64,000 nucleotides of DNA from Hypanus sabinus. Its lineage: Eukaryota. The notes below the pieces were generated by a model that had not been told where the DNA came from, searched no databases, and saw nothing but the letters and a program-made list of their open reading frames with translations. Positions 21,992 through 34,450 of this stretch are shown here, in pieces; the stretch's first letter is position 1, and each line of letters begins with the position of its first letter. Both the position numbers and the translations under genes were made by a program. The DNA is taken from the NCBI RefSeq assembly GCF_030144855.1, contig NC_082707.1, positions 84,754,001 through 84,818,000 on the forward strand, in the 5' to 3' direction.

Positions 21992-24200
21992 CATAGAGAA
22001 GATATATCTTCGATGACAGGTAAAGATTGTAAGTCGTAGCGCTCAGGAACATATTCCCACTTCAAGGTGTCGTCTTGTAAAAGTGTTTGCCATTTCCCAT
22101 ATCTAATTATGGTAGCTCTAAATATTGGTAATTTGCTAACATTTTTCAAAGCCCCATACACTGTATAATAATTGCTTTGTTCCCATGCAGTGGTCTGACT
22201 GCAATAAATGTATGGAATACCTTAGGGAGACATCATTCTGAGGCAGTACATTTCTGTTCTGTTGGGGTGAAATTATTTGAGGCATAGTGTGTAGGGGCTT
22301 TTGTTTCTTCTCCCTCATTATAACAGGTGGCACAGCAGTTTGTGGAGAAACTTGAATTCGCAGAACAAGAGATTTTGTTAGGTCTTTTGTCTGGAGGTCT
22401 ATTGCTTGCTGACCTGCATCCATCAATTTATCTAGTGCCTCACGATTATCTGAGGTAAAAACAAAATGTTTTTTGTTTCTTGGTGTACATCTGACAGATA
22501 CTAGTTTTGATAATTGAGCATAGTCAGGTATGAAAGCTCTAACATAATTCAATAGGCCCAGGGCTTTAAGGCCTTTGGATATCCTACTTGAGCAACTTTT
22601 GTCTAAACTTAGGGGTCCTTGATTGACATTTGTCATGCCTGGGAAATCTACTTCTGTACAAAGGAATTGAGATTTTTTATTGGTCATTCATAGCCTCTCT
22701 CTATCAAACTTTCAACCTTGACAGTACTGTACTGATATGTGTTAAGTGCTTATCCAGTGTGTCTGTCGACTGTGAAGTATACATCATCAGCTTACTCATA
22801 GATGTCTGGCATTCCTTGTAGAGTCTGAATGTCTCCTGTAAAAAATACCTGTTGACTATTCCAGAAACTCTTGTGAGTCTGACCCACTGTGAGTCGCAGC
22901 TGTTAAGGCTGAATAATGCCTGTCACTTTCTAAAAGTGGCTGTAACCACAAGCCATTGGCCAGATCTGTGCAAGATTTATACTATTTATGAGTCAATCCT
23001 GCTGCATATTTTGTAATATTTGTTGCTGGGCTGACTTTGGTTGTGTGTGTTTATTCAGGACCGTGCAGTCGATGACCAATCACCATCATCTAGTCAGCCT
23101 TTGCTACATTGAACATTGACAAGTTAAATCAAGAAGGTTCTTTTATCAAAGCACCTTGTCTACAGTTTCCTTTTTGGGATTGCTTTCCTCTATGGTCAGA
23201 AATATGCCATTATTTCTGACAAATCCAACAAGAAGCATCCGATGTTCCTATTAGAAGCGCTAGTCTACTACAGTCTGGGGCAAGCTAGTGTAAAAACTTT
23301 ACAGCTACTTCTTTTGTTTATTTAATCCCATATATTTGTACAAGAACTTTATAAGGTAGGCACCCCTGTTTCCATCCAAGGAGTAAGTGTGGACATGGTG
23401 GAGGATTACAAATACCTGGGGATACGAATGGACAATAAACTGGACTGGTCAAAGAACACTGAGGCTGTCTACAAGAAGGGTCAGAGCCGTCTCTATTTCC
23501 TGAGGAGACTGGGGTCCTTTAACATCTGCCGGACGATGCTGAGGATGTTCTACAAGGCTGTGGTGGCCAGTGCTATCATGTTTGCTGTTGTGTGCTGGGG
23601 CAGCAGGCTGAGGGTAGCAGACACCAACAGAATCAACAAACTCATTCGTAAGGCCAGTGATGTTGTGGGGGTGGAACTGGACTCTCTGATGGTGGTGTCT
23701 GAAAAGAGGATGCCGTCCAAGTTGCATGCCATCTTGGACAATGACTCCCATCCACTTCATAATGTATTGGTTAGGCACAGGAGTGCATTCAGCCAGAGAC
23801 ATTCCACCGAGATGTAACACTGAGCGTCATAGCAAGTCATTCCTGCCTGTGACCATCGAACTTTACAACTCCTCCCTCGGAATGTCAGACACCCTGAGCC
23901 AATAGGCTGGTACTGGACTTATTTCCACTTGGCATGATTAACTTATTATTATTTAATTATTTATGGTTTTATATTGCTATAGCTCTTCACCATTCTTGGT
24001 TGGTGCGGCTGTAATGAAACCCAATTTCCCTCGGGATCAATAAAGTATGTCTGTCTGTCTCTACTGTGTTTCAATATATGGCTACAGTTTTAATTCTCCC
24101 TATCATCTCTCCTAGTTTACTACCTTGAATAATAACAGGATTTAACACTGAAATGTCTGCACCTGTATCAAAGTGTTAAGGTCGGTCAGTGGAGTTTGGT
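21992..24200 (-). mobile_element. pol: Endogenous foamy-virus-like retrovirus pol relic (protease-RT-connection/tether), multiply disrupted
   Basis: FDTGADISVL (DTGA at 24169-24158); YKVLVQIYGIK..LLIGTSDASCW; RQGALIKEPS; LVIDCTVLNK; YKSCTDLANGLWLQPL; FTGDIQTLQGMPDIYE*ADDVYF (22794-22783); KKSQFLCTEVDFPG; LGLLNYVRAFIPDYAQL; YNEGEETKAPTHYASNNFTPTEQK; RYGKWQTLLQDDTLKWEY..DLQSLP. All are colinear with foamy virus Pol. Confidence 0.85.
23361..24060 (+). mobile_element. Young 5'-truncated Rex1/Babar LINE inserted in the retroviral protease
   Basis: VEDYKYLGIRMDNKLDW...KKGQSRLYFLRRL..FNIC..ML.MFY. Tail AATAAAGTA(TGTC)n. Confidence 0.92.
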
Positions 24201-25202
24201 CTGTCTAATCTGCACCCAGCCTCTGACTTGAAGAATAAAATATTCGTCATGTTCAACCTGAGGAGCAGTCAGGGTATCCCATATTTCTGCTACATTACTA
24301 ATACATTCATAATATTGACTAGCGTTTGCCTGTGCAACTGCTAGAAACCAGGATGTTTTTCCGCCTTATAGTACTAGGTAGAGTGTTGCAGCACTTGTCA
24401 AATTGGACTACTACTACATAGTAATTCTTTTGAAAATAATACATTTGGTCTAACATGACCTCAGGGTTTGCTGACTGCTAAATTCTAAACTCAAAAAATA
24501 AGACCTTAAGCCCTATAGCTATAGATTCCTTCACTAAAGAGAGGCCATTACCCAATCTTCAAGGACTCGTCCATTTCCCTGGTGCAGATGCAGGACTTCA
24601 GCCTGAAATGTCCACTGTTTATTCCTTTTCATAGATGCTGCCTGCCTTGCTGAGTTTTACTCTGGATTTCCAGCATCTGCAGAACCTCTTGTGTTTATAT
24701 ATAGTGAAATTAGTGCAAAAAATTGATTACACTAAAACTTCATTAATTGAGCACTTGGTAATGCTGAATGACAGATTTTCTGAACTATAGGATTCTGTAT
24801 TAATATCCAATTCATTTTCTTCAGATATTGTTATATTCTTTCTATCTGCAAGAAGTCTTCCTGGTAAGTTTAATGGGACTGTGGAAAATGAGACCCTGGT
24901 GAGTTTACAGGAAGCACTAAAATCTGGACTTTGGTGATTTTAAAGGATGGGTGGGATGGGAATCACTGAATATAAAAGGAGTGTGGATAGAAAGGCCTTG
25001 GTGGAATGAATGGTGGACATCAGGATATTTGAACAATGACAAGGTGGATTTTTTTCTGTAATCATTCATTTCAAACTATATCATTACATTTTGCTCTACA
25101 GGCTTGGATCTTCCAACCAGAACATTATTTCAGACCCTTCCTTCTATGCATGTTTGTTTCTTCATGGAAACAAACTTTGGAAGTATAAAGCAAAGTGTCT
25201 GT

Positions 25203-26300
25203 CACTGTTCCCTCTAAGCAGCATGGGTGTGTGGCCTGCACTAAATGAACTGCTCCTGCGCAAGTAGTCTTTGTTGTCACACAACTGCAATGTTCTTTTA
25301 TATAATGATGATATTTCAAAATCTATGTTAATATAATAGTGAAATACCACATAATTAGTTTTGTCTTAATGAACATAATCCATACATTTTCTAAATAAAC
25401 GTATCACAACCTTTACTTGGAAATGTTTAAGGGCTTTAATGTTTTTATATTGTCAATGTTTCAAGTTATAACAGTGTTATAAATTGTAACAATAAACACA
25501 GAATGGAAGTCGATAGCTCATTATTAATAAAGCAGCAGCCTACTGAATGGTGATGCCATCTAGTCAAAACATTTTACTTTTGTCATTGTGCCTGTCAGTT
25601 GGTTTGACTATCTGCTAATATTTACTTGTGGTGTGCGTTGTGGTTTGTGTTTGGTTGATGTGAAAAATTCCAAGTCATCTTTCAAAAAAATCATAACCTA
25701 ATATGAACTTTTAAAATAAAAATTGCTAGAACAAGGTAAAAATTCATTTATATAAAATTGTTTGCATAGTTGTAATTTTATTAAAATTATAAAAGAAAAG
25801 ACAGATTCAATTAAGGCATATGTTGAACTACATGCTTAGAAATGAAGAATTTGAAGAACTGTTAATTCTTACTGACATTATTGGAACATTTCAAGCTTCT
25901 AGTGCTGATTGCAAATATGGATTGAATTTTATGAATTCAATCAAATGTCAATCCACAAACAAATTAGAAGTGTAACATTTGGATAATCTAATGAGGATTA
26001 AGAGGTATCTTTCATCTGGACGTGAAATTAATCTGAATTACAGAAAATGAATTTATGATAAAGCCAAATGACAAAAAGTTTACAAAATGAGATTTTTTTT
26101 GTTGTACTGTATTTTATTATACTCTTTAATTAATAAAATCAAAAGTATGTGATTTTAAAATTTTCATTCTAAATATTCATAGTATGCATTTTACAAAAAA
26201 AAATCACCTGAAGTGCTGAGCAGTTTTCAGGCTATGTAAAAATTTCCTGCTCAGAGCAATGGTTGGTCCGCACAGCTGTAAAAAAAAGGAGGGAACATAG
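25203..26300 (+). mobile_element. Internally deleted old hAT element (ZNF862/C17orf113-like transposase C-terminus)
   Basis: Termini CACTGTTCCCTCTAAG / GAGGGAACATAG. Degenerate 8-bp TSD GTGTCTGT/ATGTCTGC. Relic IGTFQASSADC..GLNFMNSIK..NKLE..HLDNLMRIK (hAT dimerisation region) near 25880-26010. Confidence 0.7.
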
Positions 26301-28365
26301 ATGTCTGCTATACATGCCACTTCCTTGGCTCTGTCTCCATTTTTCATCCTGTTCAGTCTGAGCTTGACAAGGAACAACTTGCTGAGCTTTGATTTCAACA
26401 TTCTGTCATTCTACAAGATGACTTCCTGCATCACAACCCATCACTGTATCTCACTGGTGGTAACACAAATGCAAGCCCATTGTTTGTACTGGGGTTTTGT
26501 ATCTTCATCACCTGGGTGAGGTTCAGGTCATAGGTGAGCCAGCAGAGACCCCTCCCTGAGTTAATAATTAATTAAGGAAGCTTAACTCTCATTTTCATTG
26601 TGAGAAATTCCTTGAAATCTATCTCTATGTTAGAACCAACACTGCATTAATAAAGGAAGAATTTTCTTTTATACATTAACAAGTTAGACAACAACATTAA
26701 TGGAGCAAAGATTAATGATGTAACTGAGTACTATATGTCTATGTGTTCTTAGCATTCCTCTAACCAATGTATTTCAGAATTGGCAGGCACGGCGATGCTT
26801 CAGATGTCAATACAGTATAGTTCCCTTTAAAGGACTGTGTACAGGATGGATAATTAAATACTAAGTACAAAGCAATCATGGTCTGTCTTTGATCAAGAGC
26901 TGTAGTTTTTCCCCACATCAGTCAAAAAATGTTTGGTCTTTTAATTCTTTTCAATATAGATGCACCTATGCCAGGACAAAAAAAAGGGTAAAAGTTAGAC
27001 TGTAACATTCTCAGTTTTCAATTGTAACCACAATTTTGTCTGATTAAGGAAATAAGTGAAACTAAAACTGTCTGATCTATGCACTTTAAATATCTTCTAT
27101 TGTGTACAATATTTTCAGAATCTCTGCAGTATTTTCTTCGGTGTGTATATATTTATTTTTCTTGAAATTCAGCGCAGAACAGCCCCATCTGACACCATGA
27201 GCCGCATCATCCAGCAACCCAGCTTTTTAGCCCTAACCTAGTCTCAGGACAAGTTACAATGACCAATTAACCTACTAACAGGTATGTCTTTGGACTGTGG
27301 TGCGGAGAGGGGTTAACTGGAGCACCCAGAGGAAACCCACACACTTATGAGGAGAACGTACAAACTCATTACAGACAAAATTAAACTCCAAACCCCAGAA
27401 TGCCCCGAGCTGTAGTAGCATCACTCTGACTGCTACACTACTGTGACACCATTAGTAAATTAGACACTATCCTTTCACATGTTGAGATTGGATGGTATAA
27501 GGCATCAGGCTCAAAACTATAACAGTCTAAGTCCAGGTATGACAGAAATTTATTTTCCAAGGATGGCTGGAAAAATCGGACAGATCACTGTTCTATCCAG
27601 GAAGATTGCTAGAGATATTTGGATTACAGTACATACAAAAGAAATGCTGTTAATCTCAATCTGGTTGAATCTGGCTCTCTTTAGTTTCTTACCCATGCTT
27701 TTGCACCAGTTAGCCCTGCGCTTTTCCCTTGTGATATTGCTTAAAACCTATTGTTTATTCACATTTATGATAATCTTCCTCATGTAATTTAGGATCAGAG
27801 TACATTTGATAACAACATCTAAATAAATCTTTCTATGTAAAACAAATTACACTATTTATATCTTCAATTATTTCTTCAATTTTCTCTGAAATGATGCTGT
27901 TACCAATGCCTGAAAAGTTACTTGAGGTAGAGCATCCAGTATTCAATAATTTTATGCATGACATAAATTATTTATCTTCACTTTTCTTCTTTTACTGATA
28001 ATTCACAGACCATTCAAATCCTTTTGAAATTTTGGAAATCTCCATGCGAGCAATTTCATCTTTCTCTGCCATAGACAATAACTTCCAAAATATCTGGCCC
28101 TTTCTCCAATATTCATTTTCCACTTCCTCAGAATTTTGCTTCCTGCTGGATATGTAACCGTTTTGACCATTATACAACTTGCAGTCTTCTCCAGAAACTT
28201 TTTGAAATCTAACTAATAGGTTCCATTCTGCTAGTTTGATGCCAACATGTTGTCTTTCTTTTCCATTAGTTACTGAATAAGGTAATATTGATACCAATCA
28301 CCAAAGGCATTTGATCATAGAATTAACCTGTGTGTCTGGGCAATTAAAGTGAGCAACACTGCTTC

Positions 28366-28970
28366 TGATGTTGTGGTGTTTGCCGAGTTTGGCAATTTGG
28401 CAATTAGCATCACCATTTGAGGTGACATCCTCAGTGTGCAGTTGTTGGCATTTCTCCCAGGGAGTGCTCACATGTACATAGCCCCTGTTCGCTTGCCTTG
28501 GTCCTGATTGGCCACCCCTTCAATTGACCTTTGATTTCTATTGACTCAGGTTTCTATGGCTCTTAGGGGTTTGTAGATTACGTCTATTTGAATATGTTTG
28601 TTTACAGAGTTATCAGAAGAGAACCACGCTTCTACTGGGACATCATGGAGGTACTGGCACAGGTAAACACAAAGCAAGGATGAGAATTTTTAGAAGAATG
28701 GTTCTCTTCTGCTAACTCCGTAAACAGACATATCAAAATAGATGCCATCTATGTACCCCTAAGAGCCAAAGAAAAGTTAGCCAATAGAATTCAAGGGTCA
28801 ACTGAAGGGGTAGCCCTGGGGGCTTGTATAAATGTGAACACTCCTAGAGAGAAACAGCAACAACAGTGCACTGAGGATGTCACTGGGCTGGTGATGAAAT
28901 GTCTGCAAGCTAATTGCCAAGCTCGCCAAACACCACAACATCAAGCCCCTCAACCCGAGCTACCACCCTA
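28366..28970 (+). mobile_element. Penelope-like element 3' end with an inverted 5' duplication
   Basis: Inverted arms of about 270 bp. GIY-YIG C-terminus EFLEEWFSSANSVNRHIKIDAIYVPLR. 13-bp flanking direct repeat AACACTGCT(T/A)CTG at 28355-28367 and 28971-28983. Confidence 0.8.
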
Positions 28971-29990
28971 AACACTGCTACTGTTCTGGTAAGATCCAGG
29001 GTCCAAGCACGCACAAGCTTATGTCTCTTTGCTATGCTGCCCTCAATGTTTTTACGGTAGGGTTAGGATGAAAGTGGAAACCCACAACTGTCTTATTGGG
29101 TACCATCAGAATTGTTTTTCTCATCAGCCCTTAACTCGGGAACATAGCTGTCTGATCTGTTTGTTCTTCTCCCTTGAATGATGATAAGAAAGAAAGAAAG
29201 ACGGACTTCCAGACAGTTTGTACTATCATCCATTACACTTTTTTTCAGTGGCCCATTCAATATTGGTGTTCAGAATTTTGGGAAGCTGATGTTGATTTGT
29301 TTTCCCTAGTATGCGACACATTGTCAAACCAGTTAACTGGCATGATTCACTATCAATTATTGATAAACCTACAAGATTTTGCACACCACACCTTTCTGAT
29401 CAGATTAGGTCAGCTTCTCTACAGAAGAAGGCCTCCTTAATGAATAAGGCCAGGGCTGTCAGACAAGGGCCTGGGGATATTTTGCAGAGCCCACTGCAAG
29501 ATGCCGTCAATCGAGCCCTGTGACAAAATCAAAGAACAAAGTTACAAGTGTCTGTTTGGATGTGGTGCACCTCACCATATGGTCATACTGGGTCAGCATT
29601 AGCCCAGTGTCTCAGTGAGGAAAATGTTGAGAAAGGAAGGGGCAGGAGAACACGCACAAGATAACTCTCCACAGACTACGCTGAGTACAATTGATAAGCT
29701 TGTCAAAATATAATGTCTGTCTTGTGCTAGGTGGGCTGACATCTCTGTCCCAAGTGTGAGGTGTATGCTCTGTTATGATTGTTTTAGAGACAATATATTT
29801 CACTTTGCACAAACCATGATGATAGTTATAAATAGAATCCAAGCCGGGAGGTACTGTATATCACTGTAAATGTATTTGTGTTGAAAAGTCCATGGTAGAA
29901 TCAGAGGAGCCCCATGAAAGAGAATAGTAAATGCAAAATAAAAAAAGAACCTCAGAATGAAGGAGATTTTTTTCTCTCTATATATCTCTC

Positions 29991-30647
29991 CAAGAAAGCT
30001 AATGGCATGCTGGCTTTTATAACAAGGGGAATTGAGTATAGGAGTAAAGAGGTCCTTCTGCAGCTGTACAGGGCCCCGGTGAGACCCCACCTTGAGGATT
30101 GTGTGCAGTTTTGGTCTCCAAATTTGAGGAAGGACATTCTTGCTATTGAGAGAGTGCAGCGTAGGTTCACAAGGTTAATTCCCGGAATGGCGGGACTGTC
30201 ATGTGTTGAAAGATTGGAGCGACTGGGCTTGTATACGCTGGAATTTAGAAGGATGAGAAGGGATCTGATTGAAACATATAAGATTATTAAGGGATTGGAT
30301 ACACTGGAGGCAGGAAGCATGTTCCCGCTGATAGGTGAGTCCAGAACTAGAGGCCACAGTTTAAGAATAAGGGTTAGGCCATTTAGAACAGAGATGCGGA
30401 AAAACTTTTTCACCCAGAGAGTGGTGGATATGTGAAATGCTCTGCCCCAGAGGGCAGTGGAGGCCAAGTCTCTGGATGCATTCAAGAGAGAGTTAGAGCT
30501 CTTATAGATAGCGGGGTCAAGGGATATGGGGAGAGGGCAGGAACTGGGTACTGATTGTGTATGATCAGCCATGATCACAGTGAATGGTGGTGCTGGCTAG
30601 GGCCGAATGGCCTACTCCTGCACCTACTGTCTATTGTCTATTGTCTA
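29991..30647 (+). mobile_element. 5'-truncated young CR1 LINE (same family as 17975-18625)
   Basis: KKANGMLAFITRGIEYRSKEVLLQLY...FFTQRVV. Tail (CTATTGT)n. Confidence 0.93.
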
Positions 30648-31507
30648 ATGAGGATTAGCATTACTCACAGATAAAATCTTATTGTCCCTGTCATTTATCT
30701 AAGCATCTGTGGCACCAATCATAGTACCTCATTCCCACATTGTCTATCCTCTCTACAAGTTACTGTCTAATGAGATACTCATTGTACTGTTGTTAACTTT
30801 ACGTAGAGAATAGAATTCACAATACATTTACGGGCATATTATAAACCTGTGCAAATCTCAGAATGTGAAAGGACAGTGTTTGACCAATTCAGTCCTGCGA
30901 TGTGAAAAAGCAGTTTGATACACTATTGTTTAGTCCTGAGGTGTGAAAGAGCAATGCCTTGGTTCATCATACAAGTTGTGAAGAATTGTTACACCCTCCA
31001 CCTCTCTTACATTCATTTTGTTATTTTTATTTTACTTTTGGAGTTGTTTCTAAGCTTACCTCTCTGAGAATTGAGTCCAATTCTTCCTTGTTGAGGAGAT
31101 GATCATTAACAAATGAATCTATTTCTGGTTCATGATCAACAGCCATCTAAAGTAAAGGCAGAAAAATCAGGAGACTGAATATTAAACTTAGTGGCCAAAA
31201 AATATAGCAATGCTGATCCAGGTGGTCAAGATTACTCTATGTCCAATTTATTTTGATTTCACCAAATGTGAAACTTTCCAAGAACCAATGTAATTACATG
31301 GTAATTTAGATTCTGTTTAATTTTATATAACATTTGAATAACAGGTATGGAAATGGTACCATTAACGTAACAGAAGGTGAGCTCATCAGAAGAACCCTTT
31401 TAATCATCTTTCACATTGGCTTGGCTGATTTTAGGTGAATTTTGTTGTGGAAAGGACAGTGCAACTGAATTGAAATATTGAATTAATAGTTTGGTAATAC
31501 TCGCAGA

Positions 31508-34450
31508 GTTCAAAGTAAATTTATTAACAAGGTACAGATATGTCACTGTATAATTTTCTGGGCATACCCAATAAACCCATAATAGAATAATACCCATAAT
31601 AGAATCAATGAAAGACCACACCAAATTGAGCATTCAACCGATGTGCAAAAGACACACACTGCAATAGAAAAAGAACAAAATAATAGTTATAAATAAATAA
31701 GAGATAAATATTGAGAGCATGAGATGACGAGTCCTTGAAGGTGAGTCCAAGACTTGTGGGAATATTTCAATGATGAAGAGAAGTTGAATGCAGTAATCCC
31801 TTTTGGTTCAAGAGCCTGATGGTTGAGGGATAATAACTATTCCTGAACCTGGTGATGAGACACCTGAGGCTCCAGTACTTTCTTCCTGATGGCAGCAGCA
31901 AGATGAGAGCATGTCCTGGATGGTGGTGGGGGTCCCTGATGATGGATGCTGTTTTCCTGCAACAACATTTCATGCAGATGTGTTCAATGGTGGGGAGGGT
32001 TTCACTCATGATGGACTGGGCCGTATCCACTACTTTTTGTAGAATTTTATGTTCAAGGGCATTGGTGTTTCCAGAACAGGTTATGATGCAATATACTTTT
32101 GAATACACACCTATGGAAGCTTGTCAAAGTTTTAGATATCATGCTGAATCTTCAAAAACCCCTAAGGAAGTAGAGGTACTGCCACAGTTTCTTCATAATT
32201 GCACTTATCTGCTAGGCTCAGGACAGGTCCTCTGAAATAACAGCACTGAGGAATAAAAAGTTGCTGACCCTCTCCACCTCTGATCCTCCAATGAGGACTG
32301 CCCTACGGACCTCTGATTTCCTCCTCCTGAAGTCAATTATCAGCTCCTTGGTCTTGCTGACGCTGAGTAAGAGGTTGTTGTTATGGCACCACTCAGCAAG
32401 TTTTTCAATCTCCCTCCGATGTGCTGATTGGTCACCACCTTCGGCCTATGACAGTGGTGTTGTCAGCAAACTGGAAAATGGCACTGGAGCTGTGCTTAGC
32501 CACACAGTCATAAGTGTAACAGGAGTACAGCAGGAAGCTAAGCACACATCCTTGTGTGCAACTGATGGAAACCATGGTGGCAATATCGTTACCAATCCAA
32601 ACTGACTAGGATCAGCAAGTAAGAAGTCAAGGATCCAATTGCACAAGGAGGTATTGAGGCCAAGGTGTTCTAGCTTATTGATTAGTGTCGAGGTGATGAT
32701 GGTATTGAAAGATGAACTGTCGTCAATAGTGTCCTGACATATGCAACTTTGCTGTGTAGATGTTCCCGGGTTGATGACATCAGAAGAAGCCTTAAAATCA
32801 GAATGTGGATTTTATCTGTTTCATTGATGCCAGGGTAGATGCCAGTGAGATGGCATCTGCTGTGAACATGTTGCTCTGGAAGACAAATTGGAGCAGAGCT
32901 AAGCTGGCTCTCAAGCTGGAGCCGATATCTTTCATTACCATCCTCTCAAAACACTTCATCACAGTGGATGTAAATGCTACTAGACGACAGACATTGAGGC
33001 AGCTTTTCACTGGTACAAATGAAGCCTGTTTGAAACAGCTGGGTACCTCAGACTACTGAAGCAAACAGTTAAAGATCTCAGTGAGTACTCCAGCCAGTTG
33101 ATCAGCTCAGGTTTTTAGTACAGCCAGGTACCCTGTGTGGGCCGGATGCTTTTCATGGGTTCACCCTCCTGAGGGATGTTCACATGTCAGCATCAGAGAC
33201 TCAAATTATAGGATCGTCGGGGGCTCTGGGAGTTCGTGATGGTTCCTCAAAGTAAACATAGAAGTCATTGCACTCAGCTGGAAGTGAAGCCCTGCTGTTA
33301 CTTATGTTGCTCGATTTAACTTTCTAAGCCCTACTACTATTGTCAAGCATCCTTTGTTGATTCAGGTTTAGTCCAGAATTGTCACTTCACCTGTGAGATG
33401 GCTTTCCGGAGGTCGTACCTGGACCTCCTGTAACTTCCCTGGTCACCAGACTTGAATGCCTCCGATATGGCCCTCAGCAGATTATGGATCATTGAGGGCT
33501 TCTGGTTTGAGAAGACTGAATGATTCAGTGGGGAGACACACGTCTATGGTTGTTTTAATAGAGCCTGCGACAACCATGGTGTATTTATTCAGATCCACAA
33601 ACAAGTCCTTGAACACGGCCCAATCCACCAACACGACGTAATCCCCTAGCTGCTCCTTTGCCTCCCATGACCATCTCTTTGTTGTTCTAATCTTTGGAGC
33701 TTTGCTCTTCAGCCTCTGCCTGTATGCAGGTTGGAGAAGGACAGCCAAGTGATCGAATTTATCGAAATGTGAACTGGGCATGGCATGGTATGCATTCCTT
33801 ATTTTAGTATAACAATATTCTAATGTGTTGCGACCTCTGATGCTACAGGTTATATGCTGATGGTAATTGGGCAGGGTTTTCTTCAAACGACTGGTTGAAG
33901 TGCTCAACTATAATTTGAAATGTGTCGAAATGGACTTGTTTGGAAATGGCATCATGCAGTATTTCAAGCACTTGATTATAATCGGCCGTTGGTGGTATGT
34001 AAACTGTTAAGATTATGGAGGAGAATGCTCTAGGAAAATAGAATGGACAGCATTTGACCTTTAGGTTTTCAAAGTTGGGGGATCATGAGTTCGACAAAAC
34101 TACTGCATCAGAGCACCCCTAACAGTTTATCATAAAACACACACTTCCACCTTTTGCCTTTTCCGAATCAGCAGTTCAATCCACTCTGTAAACTTTAATG
34201 CCTTCTGGTTTGATCACTGCATCTGGTGTGCTGGGAGAAAGCCTTGTCTCACTCAGACATAGAACACAACAATCCCTCATTTCCCTTGAAACAGCAATCT
34301 TGCCCTCAGGTCCTCTATTTTAATCTCCAACAACTTCACTCATTTGCTAACAAGATGCTGGGTAGAGGGGACCTCATCTATGTTTCAGCCTGGTTTGGAG
34401 TTTCCCCCTCCTGCCTCAGAATGTCACTGTGCTTCACCAGCACCACCATC
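31508..34450 (-). mobile_element. Long decayed Rex1/Babar LINE (endonuclease and RT)
   Basis: LPNYHQHITCSIRGRNTLEYCY...FDHLAVLLQPAYRQRLK; VAFTSTVMKCFERMV; CNWILDFL; RFRNSYYPSTIRLLN. Confidence 0.88.

Noticed and set aside
21992-24200. Ordinary Ty3/Gypsy retrotransposon pol
   Set aside because: RT spacing and the degenerate connection region follow foamy Pol, and Gypsy RNase H motifs (TDAS, ELLA, TDH) are absent after the thumb. A phylogeny is still needed.
29952-30578. 208-aa minus-strand ORF as a gene
   Set aside because: It is the antisense shadow of the CR1 RT on the plus strand.
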